From: Octopus bimaculoides
Taxonomy: Eukaryota
Direction of reading: 5' to 3'
Assembly: GCF_001194135.2 (NCBI RefSeq)
Contig: NC_068986.1
Coordinates: 79,828,046-79,892,045 of the forward strand
Length of the DNA stretch: 64,000 nt
In this document: one piece after another, positions 28,044 through 38,885 of the stretch
How positions within the stretch are numbered: position 1 is the first letter of the stretch
How the letters are laid out: every line of letters begins with the position of its first letter
Translations under genes and position numbers: made by a program
Notes under the pieces: model-generated
Told to the model about the DNA's origin: nothing
The model's database searches: none
The model's input: the letters and a program-made list of their open reading frames with translations, nothing else

Positions 28044-28222
28044 GGCGGCGAGCTGGCAGAATCGTTAGCACACTGGACTAAATGCTTAGCGGTATTCTGC
28101 CCGTCGCTATGTTCTGAGTTTAAATTCCGCCTAGGTCGACTTTGCCTTCCATCCTTCAGGGTCGATAAATTAAGTATCAGTGAAACACTAGGCTCAATGT
28201 AATCGGCTAGTCCCCTCCACCA
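28044..28222 (+). mobile_element. tRNA-derived SINE family 1, preceded by an orphan tail at about 27975-28040
   Basis: ggcggcgagctggcagaatcgttagc head, box B GAGTTTAAATTCC. Confidence 0.88.
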
Positions 28223-28296
28223 GGCATCCACCGGAGACCAAGAGCAGCAAGGGCACTTTTGTTTTGCTATGCATGCTAAAATTATCACCACATTTA

Positions 28297-29495
28297 TTTC
28301 ATTTTAGATGGAGAGTGCTTTCCGTAGTATATGCGCTGTACCCATCAAGGTTATCTTTTGTAGTTCACGGAGATTGGGGTTACCAGGGAGTTACTTAATA
28401 TACTTCTCGGCTCCTTACGTTATCATTCCCATCGCACTAATTACTAATTACTATCGTAGTACTAAGCTTCCGCATTTTTTTAATTTCAATTTGCAAATCT
28501 TTATAGTGAGAAAGCTTTTCGTATTCTTTTCTTGAGACATTTTGATCTTGTGGGCTAGACATATCTATTAACAGAAAGGTTCCTCTGTTGTAGTCCTTGA
28601 TCACATTATCTGGTCGATTGGAGTCAATTTTTCTGTCTGTTTGTATTGGGAAGTTCCAAAGGATAGTGACGCCCTCGCCATTTACTACATCCTCTGGATG
28701 GTGCCTGTACCAATTATCATGAGATTTAATTTTTTAGTGTTTACAAGTATTCCAGTGAACGTACTACCCTAGTCTGTCATGTCTTATGAAGTACTCCTTT
28801 TCAGCGAGAACTGGGTAGCCAGAAACAACATGATCAATTGTCTCTATGAATTTTCCGCAATTTCTGCACGAGGGGGAATTTTGTTTTGTTTAAGATGCAC
28901 CGCGCTCTGCTCGGCCACCTGTGATTAACAGTGACACCAAACCCTGCTGTACGACCAGGATGATCGCAGATATTTGCCAATATCCAAGTCGAGTGTTGAA
29001 AACTACCTGCACCAAATGAAGCAAACGTCGCCCAACGGTTTTCTATCTGCTATTCGTTGCAGAAACGTTTGCATGGTAGTTTCTGGTAAGTAAGCTCTGA
29101 TCTTGCGCTGCAACAACAAAACCTTCTGTTTCCCCTTTCAGACCTGTCCCTTGTAGTCATTGGTATGTTAGATTTTGATCAATATTTTGGCTTGGACAGG
29201 CGCTTAGGCTATTTTCCATGCAGGAGTTTTCTTTTCCAGTTGTCTTCGATATTATTCATGCAAACCTTCTTTGCTTTTTGTTTGATGTATTTTTGCATCA
29301 GTGATAGGTTTGTCACTATTTATATCTCGTTGGTCTTTCTGATTGTTAATTTCTAAATTAGGAGAAACAATGGTAGGTCTGTCAGTATTTGGGGGTCTTT
29401 GGCCATTCTTATTGTTAACTTGTACATCAAGAGACTTTTTAAATTTTTTACTAAGCTTCATGACTGAAGCTTGCTTGGAATCTTCATGCTTCAGG
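28297..29495 (-). mobile_element. R4/Dong-like RLE non-LTR retrotransposon, 3' part, interrupted by a mariner-derived patch
   Basis: Minus-strand VVAAQDQSLLTRNYHAN, CRNCGKFIETIDHVVSG (CCHC finger), RHDRLG, WNFPIQTDRKIDSNRPD and KLSHYKDLQIEI. Confidence 0.9.
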
Positions 29496-29554
29496 ATGTT
29501 ATCCAAGTTTCTGGGTTGCAAATCCCTGTAACGATCCTCATCTTGTTTGTTGTT

Positions 29555-29600
29555 AACACAACATTTCGGCTGATACACCCTCCAGCCTTCATCAGGTATC
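29555..29600 (-). ncRNA. Minimal type-I hammerhead motif, family A copy 1
   Basis: GATAC-CTGATGA-A-GGCTG gagggtgtat CAGCC-GAAA-TG-TT-GTGTT. The stem III palindrome has a C-to-T change relative to AACGTT in other copies. Confidence 0.75.
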
Positions 29601-29639
29601 TTGGGAAAATTTCTAAGGTATCTTTCGATGTTGTTGTTG

Positions 29640-29689
<50 letters not shown>

Positions 29690-29693
<4 letters not shown>

Positions 29694-29755
29694 TCTGGAA
29701 TCGAACTCGGAATCTTGGAGTTAGTAGCCCGCGCTCTTAAACACTACGTGGGCAA
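29690..29755 (-). promoter_or_regulatory. tRNA-like Pol III promoter module in the Penelope 3' region
   Basis: Box B GAGTTCGATTCC (plus 29697-29708). Box A is partly deleted here but intact (TGGCGTAGTGG) in the copies at 33.3 and 51.5 kb. Confidence 0.7.
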
Positions 29756-30466
29756 TTATGGAGTGAATTTTAGCGCTTATAAATCTAATATTTTCCCATC
29801 CATCCTTAATACCGGTTCCCATATGCTACTCATATCTGCACATGGTCTACTTAGGAGGTTGTTGTGTCCTCGCATATGTGCTGCTTCTTTTTCGTATTTT
29901 CCAGTGGTGTTCTCTGCCTAATATATTAACTTCATCCCACGGGGGAGGTGTCTCCATTTTCCATACACGATCAGCTATACCCGATTTATCAATATCTCCT
30001 CAAGTCACAGCTTTGCAATACTTGTCTACCCTTATTTTGAGGGGGCGACATGTTTCGCCTCTGTATAACCTACCACAGCTGCATGGGATAGCGTACACGC
30101 AGTCTTTGGTTATATTCTCTTCTATTGGCGGTTTTACTCGAAGGAGGTATTTGCGAAGTGTTGTATTGCTCTTGAATACTACCCTGATGTCATATCTTTT
30201 GTATCTTTTCGGAGAGGCCTTTCACATAGGGTAGACAGACTGGACAGTTTACTGGTTTCATCCTCTCTCTTTTCTTCATAACTGGAGTGGATAGTATGTT
30301 TTTGGAGTAGTTGTTGCTTAATAGATTGTTATTGAGCTTGTGAATAACGATCGCTCCTTATATTCTTTGCTCGATGTAAATAATGTGAATAATGGACTCT
30401 CGGATAGATCTTAATTACCGGTTGTTCTTTACTTGAAAGCAGGCAATTACAAATCACCAAATATTT

Positions 30467-30599
30467 CAAGTAGTGCCTTCTCCTGTGACTCAAAGAGACA
30501 ATACGCTCTTTAGAATGCGAGCTGTACCAAACAATGCTGTCTTCTGGATCACTTCGAGCCTGACAGCAGCTCCAATATTCTTAATATATTTCCCAAAGC

Positions 30600-30602
<3 letters not shown>
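30467..30602 (-). mobile_element. R4/Dong-like LINE extreme 3' fragment
   Basis: GFGKYIKNIGAAVRLEVIQKTALFGTARILKSVLSL*. Confidence 0.8.
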
Positions 30603-30647
<45 letters not shown>

Positions 30648-30651
30648 CTAT

Positions 30652-31010
30652 ATACTACTAAAACTCAGTGATTTCCTGCCTGTCTGCCTGTCTGCCTGTC
30701 TGCCTGCCTGCGTGTTTGCATGCGTACTTGCCTGTAATTTTATACAGCCAAACCGGTGCATACTCTGAAAGTAAGGCACCCTTGAAATGTGAATACAAAC
30801 AGAATAAAACAAGTTTCGCATAAATCGGACTACGGATTGCCGAGATACGTGGATTTTTTGGGAACCTTCATAAATAGCCAAAATAGCACATAATGGGAAA
30901 TACTCTGAAAGTAACATAACCCTGAAATGGGAATATATAATACTGTGTAAATTGATTCCATTAATTTTATGTTTACGGTATATAACAATTCTTTTGGCAT
31001 TTTTGTAGAA
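30652..31010 (+). mobile_element. Unclassified non-autonomous element with internal (CTGT/CTGC)n, possibly Helitron-like
   Basis: Starts tatactactaaaactc, then a microsatellite and an internal repeat tactctgaaagtaa...gaaatg(t/g)gaata (twice). Class is inference. Confidence 0.35.
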
Positions 31011-31499
31011 GTGTGCACGTATGCCATACATAAATACTGTTACTGAAATTCAAGCTTATCCCGGAAGTTCTATTTCTATTAGATGCTGTAAATAATCAAT
31101 AAAACCTTAAATATAGACTTGTAAACTAGACCTATGATGACACGAACGGCTTGAAATATTTAACTGAATCATCATAAAATTAACTTTCATTTCAATGCAA
31201 TGTTGAAATCAGCTTCCATGTTTTATAACCTGAACCGTTAGTGACTCAACGGTTATCATTATTAGAGACGTGTAACGACAGTGGATTGGTAGCAAAGGCA
31301 GTAGATTCGCAGCATCATTAGAGTGTCAGTGAAACTGCAAAGTGCTAATGATATTTCTTCTGGTTCCTTACGTTCTGCTTACTGTTAGCATTGTGGATGA
31401 TAGAAACGATAGAGCTACCATTACTTTCTAAGTTAAAATTTAAGCGCAGTTGAGTTACACCTCCACGAAACTTCAGTCAGGCAGGGAAGTACAGGGATC

Positions 31500-32200
31500 A
31501 GTCTCATCTATTTTTCCTTCCTTCAAAGTTATGTAACGTTGTTTTTGCCTCCCTTAGAGCGGCATACTAAGTATGTCGGAGTTGTTGATGCACAGGGGCA
31601 GCAACATTTAAATATATTCCAGGACAGTGAACAAGTGGTGACCGCTTCTATAATTTGTCTCTTTCAAGTAGATACATTCTTGGGTCAAGTGTTCACTACT
31701 ACTCTAATTTTCACTTAAGCTTTCTATTCAGAACTTGTTTTTGAGGAAGGAAAGTAACGTTCGTAGAAAAACGCTGGGTGTCAGTAAGAATAAACTGGTT
31801 GGCACGTTACAGAGATTTACAACCCAGAAACTTGGACAACATTAGAAAATCCTGGCCTAGCAGTACTGATAAAGACTACAGACACAGAAATGTTATCAAA
31901 CGAACTTGCTCTAAATGTGTGCAAAGCAGCGAAGCCCTTCTGTACGCATTTGTTCAGTGTCCCGGTACTGTTGAACTGTGGAATTGTCGATCAACTTTTG
32001 TCGCGCATAGGATGGATCTGGCTATCAGAATGTTAATCGTGATGATTATCAGCCGGCTAAATTTCTTCCGAGAAAAGCAGGCAGTTCTCTTCTATCTGTT
32101 GGTTATGACGAAAGAGGTGATATAATGGACATAACTGAAAAGAATAACGAGAGACACATTCCTCCTCGGCTAAACCCTCGTTGACTTCTTAAAATTCTTC
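31500..32200 (+). mobile_element. Tx1/L1-group LINE ORF2 C-terminal remnant
   Basis: QPRNLDNIRKS...RTCSKCVQSSEALLYAFVQCPGTVELW...QAVLFYLLVMTKEVI resembles the Tx1 Cys-rich C-terminus. Confidence 0.65.
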
Positions 32201-32695
32201 TCGGAGTGAAAGATGACCGGAGAAATAGAGGTCTGCTACCCCAACCCCAATAAATTTCCTAATAAGTGGATAAAAGTGTCGAGTGAATGGCTGTACGTAT
32301 AGCAATGCCTGCATATAAGGGAATACTGTGCAGAATGGACATTAACCCCGTCTTTTCTAATACAATACTATTTTCCACCAAACTATTGTAACCAAATGAA
32401 ATATAACTTAATGCGGCAGCCATGTTCATTCTGGATCTGTGGGATTTCTTAATTGGCCTAAAGGGATGGTACTTTTCTCGTGTCTTCCTCATATTGTCAT
32501 TTTTGTTTGTTTATTTTTCATTTACTTATTTAGTCATTCTTTCACTCATTTGCGTATTTTTATTATTTCATTCAATTTCTATGCAATACACATATATTTG
32601 ATTTTTGTAATCTGTTTTGCAGTCTCGTCATCGCTTCCCCTTGGGGCAATAAACTGTAAAGACAAAATTATTCTTATCAGAATCATCATTATTAA

Positions 32696-33050
32696 GATGC
32701 TGAGCTGGCAGAATCGTTAGCACGCCGGGCGAAATGCTTAGCGATATTTCGTCTGTCGATAGGTTCTGAGTTCTAATTCCACCTAGGTCGATTTTGCCTT
32801 TCATCCTTTCAGGGTCGATAAAATATGTACTAGTTCAACACTGGAATCAATTTAATCGACTAACCTCACACCCAAAATTTCAGGCCTTGTGCCTGTAGTA
32901 AAAAGGCTTATTTAAGGTGGAGGGGAAACTAGCAGAGTATTTATCGCGCTGGACAAAATGCTTAACGGCATTCCTCCCGAGTTTACGTTCTGAGTTCAAA
33001 TGCCGCTGAGGTCGACTTTGCATTTCATCATTCGAGTTCAATAAAATAAG
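32696..33050 (+). mobile_element. Two tandem SINE family 1 copies
   Basis: Heads at about 32696 and 32916, both with box A/B; the second is truncated by the tRNA-HHR element. Confidence 0.85.
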
Positions 33051-33052
33051 TA

Positions 33053-33450
33053 CCATTATTTACATTTAACGGATATTTGTCCTCATCTTGTTTGTTGTTA
33101 ACACGTTTCGGTTGATATACCCGCCAACCTTCGTCAGGTGTCTTGGGGAAATTTCGAACCTGGGTTCTTATTCCCAAGGTATTTTTCGATGTTATTATTT
33201 TTATTATTATCATTCTTCTTATTATTATTATCATTATTATTATTATTATTATTCAGGTCGCTGCATGGAATCGAACTCGGAATCTTGAGGTTAGTAGCCC
33301 GCGCTCTTAACCACTACGCCATATGCCCGTGGGCATACGGTGTAGTGATATATCAGCCGAAACGTTGTGTTAACAACAAACAAGATGAGGACAAATATTC
33401 GTGAATAGTAAATAATGTTCATAATTCCTCATCTCTTAAATATAGAACTG
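33053..33450 (-). mobile_element. ORF-free tRNA-(AAT)n-hammerhead element (family A copy 2) with an inverted second arm
   Basis: Box A at 33311-33321, box B at 33267-33278, (AAT)n, HHR at 33100-33142; inverted partial HHR and tail at about 33348-33450. Confidence 0.88.
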
Positions 33451-33724
33451 AAATAAGTACCAGTTGAGTACTAAAGTCGAAATAATTGACTTATTCCCTC
33501 CCCGAAATCGCTGGCCTTGGGCAAAACTTTGAAGCCGTTATGATTCTTTTCTTTTTTTTTTTTCTTTTTCATATGCTGCCGAGGTCGACTTTGCCTTTCA
33601 TCCATTCAAAATCAATGAAAGAAGGACCAGTGAAGCACCGGTGTCGATGTAATCGACTAGCTCCCTTCCACAAAATTTCAGGCTTTGTACCAGTTGTAGT
33701 AAAGATTATAATTATTATTAAATC

Positions 33725-33930
33725 ACCGTGCTGGCAGAAGCGTTAGCAAAACAGGAAATTTGCTTAGCGGTATTTTGTCTGTCTTTCCGTTCTGTTTTCC
33801 AGTTCCCCGTGGGTGGACTTCCATCCTTTCGAGATCAAGAAAATAAGTACCAGTTGCACGTTGGTATCGGGGTAATCGACTAGACCGTCCACCAAAATTT
33901 CCTGCCTTGTGCCTATTGTAGAAATGAATA
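33725..33930 (+). mobile_element. SINE family 1 copy (a partial copy also lies at about 33450-33715)
   Basis: gctggcagaagcgttagc...gcttagcggtattttgtc...aataagtaccagtt...gccttgtgcc. Confidence 0.8.
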
Positions 33931-33933
33931 GTC

Positions 33934-33970
<37 letters not shown>

Positions 33971-34676
33971 TAGTAGTATCATTACACACTAGGTCGGAAT
34001 TAATGGATATGATCAATCATTTCAACCCTTCTTATAAATAATTCCCACAAAATGTAAGTTTTTATGGAGCTATTTTTCTTTCATTGCTGTCCACAACATC
34101 AACTATAGTTCGTGTACATATAATCTACGTGTGTGTGTGTATGATATATAAAGGTAGATGTATATAAATACACACTTGGGTACATCATATATATTTATNN
34201 NNNNNNNNNNNNNNNNNNNNNNNNNNNNNNNNNNNNNNNNNNNNNNNNNNNNNNNNNNNNNNNNNNNNNNNNNNNNNNNNNNNNNNNNNNNNNNNNNNNN
34301 NNNNNNNNNNNNNNNNNNNNNNNNNNNNNNNNNNNNNNNNNNNNNNNNNNNNNNNNNNNNNNNNNNNNNNNNNNNNNNNNNNNNNNNNNNNNNNNNNNNN
34401 NNNNNNNNNNNNNNNNNNNNNNNNNNNNNNNNNNNNNNNNNNNNNNNNNNNNNNNNNNNNNNNNNNNNNNNNNNNNNNNNNNNNNNNNNNNNNNNNNNNN
34501 NNNNNNNNNNNNNNNNNNNNNNNNNNNNNNNNNNNNNNNNNNNNNNNNNNNNNNNNNNNNNNNNNNNNNNNNNNNNNNATATATATATATATACTTACAC
34601 TTCCATATATTTAATCCACTAAGAAGCGCAGTAACTATACCGGCCATTAAGCCGTGCACAAAAGAAGTTTGTGCCC

Positions 34677-34717
<41 letters not shown>

Positions 34718-36052
34718 CACAAGATCAGCATTAACACACTCCTCCACGTTCACAAACACACGCTTACATTCAGCAGATATATACGTGGCGATGCTAGTTG
34801 ATAGATTCTGTACATCGCGTGCTGTGGAACTATAAATTTCGTCTGAAGTTTAAGCCATATTTCATTAGACAACAGTAGTCTAATGGATGCAAAGTAAATA
34901 ACAATAACAATAAAAACTGACTGCAACAACAAAAATACCTGGTAGCCATATATTATATTCTTTCATGTTGATCTAGGTAAGCGAAGTAATTTGATATACA
35001 TATACAGCGATACATACACACGCACAGACTTAAACAGAAACACACAAACACATTCACACACCACATAATCATACATACTCGCACGCACACTGGCTCAGAC
35101 ACACACATTCACACTAACACATACACACTCACACACATACTCACTCACATACACGCACACACGCTAGCACACATACTCACACACACTAACAAACGCACTA
35201 ACACACACACACACACTCACATACACACACTCCACACACACTCTCTCACACACACTCACACACAAACACTCATACTCACACTTACACACTCAAGTATTAT
35301 AACGTGCGTAATTCATTGATGGTGAGTTTGAACATATTTGTATGTGAATGTGCGTGCATGTGTGTGTGGGGGGGGGGNNNNNNNNNNNNNNNNNNNNNNN
35401 NNNNNNNNNNNNNNNNNNNNNNNNNNNNNNNNNNNNNNNNNNNNNNNNNNNNNNNNNNNNNNNNNNNNNNNNNNNNNNNNNNNNNNNNNNNNNNNNNNNN
35501 NNNNNNNNNNNNNNNNNNNNNNNNNNNNNNNNNNNNNNNNNNNNNNNNNNNNNNNNNNNNNNNNNNNNNNNNNNNNNNNNNNNNNNNNNNNNNNNNNNNN
35601 NNNNNNNNNNNNNNNNNNNNNNNNNNNNNNATATGTGGGTTTTTGCATCCGTGACATTAGTGTTTACATACTAAGCTTTTATTCGTTTAGTCTTAACTTA
35701 AATATGTCAGCTTCAGTCAGTATTTTGTCTACCACTTATAGTATTACTGCAGTGAGTTGGTAATTGACAAAGGTGTCCAGGGCGTAAAAAGAGCACAGTA
35801 TCTCAACTTTTTCTTTTTAGATTTCCCATCAAATTGATGCGAATACACACAGTTTCCCTGTCTGATAAAATACCAATGGGTATTTGTCGATCCGAAACTA
35901 TGGAAGGAAATAACTGGTCAGAGTACTGCACAGTGATCACAAATCTAGAACAAGAAACTTCGTATATGCCAAGCGAACTTCTTAACTGCGCACACCACCA
36001 AATGGCTCATATATACACATACATAAACACATACATGCATATGTAGACAGAC

Positions 36053-36093
<41 letters not shown>

Positions 36094-36319
36094 CATACAT
36101 ACATACATACATAGATACATACATACATACATACATATACACACATTTGTATCTATGCATGTTTATATATTTCAGCTCTGATTTAAGTAGTTGGCTGTCC
36201 TCTATTTACATATGTACGTGCGTCTGTACATACATACATGCATATATTTAGCAGAAGGTGTCGAAATTGTGATGATATTTGGTTGATATTTTATTATGGA
36301 TGGAGCATGTTTGCATCCT

Positions 36320-36655
36320 CCCCCTGTACCGCTAAGAGACCCCCTTCGGTCATGACTGACCATGGGATTGCACCTAGAAAGTTACCTTCCCAGGCACAAG
36401 TCCGGGCAAGCAAGGTTATTTTTATGGGAGACCAGCAGTCGCCCATGCATACCAGCCTCCCCTCTCCACGCCACCAATGTTATCCAAGAGAAAGGCAAAG
36501 GCCGATACAGCTTGGCACCTGTGACGTCGCAACTCATTTCTACAGCTGAGTTGGAGCGACGTGAAATAAAGTGTCATGCAGCCCGGTCCGGAATTCGAAC
36601 TCACAACCTAACGATCGTAAGCTCGACACTTTAACCACTGAGCCATGCACCTTTA
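36320..36655 (-). mobile_element. CORE-type tRNA SINE (family 3 head, different tail)
   Basis: Reverse complement: tggctcagtggttaaagtgtcgagc...gtgagttcgaattcc, cactttatttcacgtcgctcca...cagctgtagaaatgag; tail ...catggtcagtcatgaccgaagggggtc. Confidence 0.85.
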
Positions 36656-36673
36656 CTGCGCCACATTGCGCGC

Positions 36674-36709
<36 letters not shown>

Positions 36710-37654
36710 AACAAACAGGTGTATTAGTTTGATGTTCGGGAAGGTGAGAAAGTCCTTTACATTTCGAGCCTTACTTAATGACTGATCCAATGGGTCAATA
36801 TCTTTCTAGTTGAACCATTGGATGGATCAATTATTAGGTAAGTATATCTCTACGTTGTATATATTTGAATCGATTTGTATTTGGGTGTAACCAGTTATTC
36901 CTTCTCTTCGGATTTTACCTGGTTCTTCATCACAGTCAACTCTTAAATATATGATACGTGTGTAGGAAGCTTATTTGAAAAATAAAATAGAATAGTCTTA
37001 TTCATGTGTTGAATAAGCCACTGGACATAAAAGTCAGTATTCAGTCTTTGTTGGGCGAGAGGATTAGTGAGTATGATTTGTTGATGTGCAGATTAGAAGT
37101 TAATGTACGCAAGAGACTGAGGGTCGTTTCAAATGCATCTAGGAATGACAGTATATTCTGGTATACAAATCGAATTTTTCAGATAAAAATTTACAGCCAA
37201 AAAAGGTTGATTAACTTATGTTAATCACTCTCGAAGACGATTTTGGAGGATCAAAAAATTCCATGTGAAATGCAACAGGAATTGGAAAGATAATGATAAT
37301 GTTTGACTGCCTCCGCTACACCTTTTACACTATATACTACGTTGACTACTATGCCAGAAAATACGATATAAAAAAAATTATGAGGGCTTAGATAAAGGTC
37401 AGTACAAAGATTCAATATATTTTTACGTGAGTGATGATGATGTTTGTGGAGAAATTACACATGAGAGGAAGGGTAAATAGGACGGATGTGTTAATTATAG
37501 ATTATTGGCTGACGGGTATGAAGTTGGGGAGATGTTTTCAATTAAGTATTCAGCTGTCAGTCCGTTTCCTTCCGGTCACTGATATCATCACTTCTTTCCT
37601 CGCTATCTTTTCATCCTGTTCATTTATTGATAAATTTAATCAATATTATCAAAC

Positions 37655-38040
37655 ACGGCATGGTTGTGTGGTTTAAGAAGCTGGTTTTTCAACGACGTGG
37701 TTTTGTATTCAGTCCTACTGCGCGGCACTTTGGACAAGTGTCTTCTACTATAGCTGTGGCCGGCTAATGTCTTGTGAGTAGATTTGATAGAGGGGCAACT
37801 ATGTAAGAGCCTTTCGCATATGTGTGTGTTTGTATGTGTATGTCTCTGTGTTTACCCACCTCCACCCCACCCACTTCTTGACAACTGTTGTTGGTTTGTT
37901 CAAGTTCCAGTAACTTAGCGGCTCCGCAAATAAGACTGGTAGAATAAGCACCAGACTTTAAAATAAGAACTGGGGGTACCCCACGGAGGTATCCGCAGCG
38001 TAGCTGCAGCTGAATGACTGAAACAAGTAAAACATGAAAG
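37655..38040 (+). mobile_element. CORE-type tRNA SINE family 2
   Basis: ggttgtgtggtttaag head, cggcactttggacaagtgtcttctactatagc, family 2 tail. Confidence 0.85.
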
Positions 38041-38770
38041 ACGGTAAGCGTCTGTGTAGAACCGGTATGCCAAGAGAGAACGAAGAAAGGTGTTAAAGAC
38101 TCCTTACATATGATAGATAAAAACAAAAAAAAATTAATCAAAAACTAAAAAGAAGCAAATGAAGGGGCCAAGTAGAAAAAGAACAGTCAAATATTTCTGT
38201 TGTTAAATCTTTTCGTGTGCTCCATAAATTGAAAGATCATATTTATGGTTAATCGATACTTGGAAATATAAGTATTGATATAATTTCATCATGAATAGTA
38301 ATTACCATTCTGTATGAACGTCACTATAGCTCTTTGCTCTTTGGCTACATATCAATCCAATGTTATCCAATATTCCGCCTGTCCCATTTCCCGTTACACA
38401 CTAAACATTGTCAGTTTATGTCAACTGATGATTGATAAAATGAATATTTTAACAATTTATTGTTTCAAACACATTATCTGCATGTAATGCCATCAAAAGC
38501 ATGCACATGCTGGGTACTCGCCCGGGGGTTCCTCGAGTCTAAGAATCCAATGCATCGGTTTACCTGTAAGACTTTAAAGTTGTTGTAAGGAACATGTCAG
38601 TATACTCTACTAACGGTCTAGCTGAGAAAATCTCTTTCCTTCTAGGTAAGGAACTGATAGAAAATTGTCGGATTCCTCTTCCAACGATATACAAACCTAC
38701 ATAAACTCTTGACGTTTATAATATACTTTAAGCCGATGCAGACTACCACCACTAATGCTCTCGGTCTCTG

Positions 38771-38829
<59 letters not shown>

Positions 38830-38830
38830 G

Positions 38831-38885
<55 letters not shown>

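Larger units (their letters stand above)
29534..30400 (-). mobile_element. 5'-truncated Penelope-like element: GIY-YIG ORF end, tRNA-like module, (AAT)n and hammerhead pLTR
   Basis: CLPYVKGLSEKIQK, CVYAIPCSCGRLYRGETCRPLKIRV, KSGIADRVW and KEAAHMRGHNNLLSRPCADMSSIWEPVLR...* (stop 29777-29779), followed on the same strand by the tRNA-like box B, (AAT)n and HHR. Confidence 0.9.
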
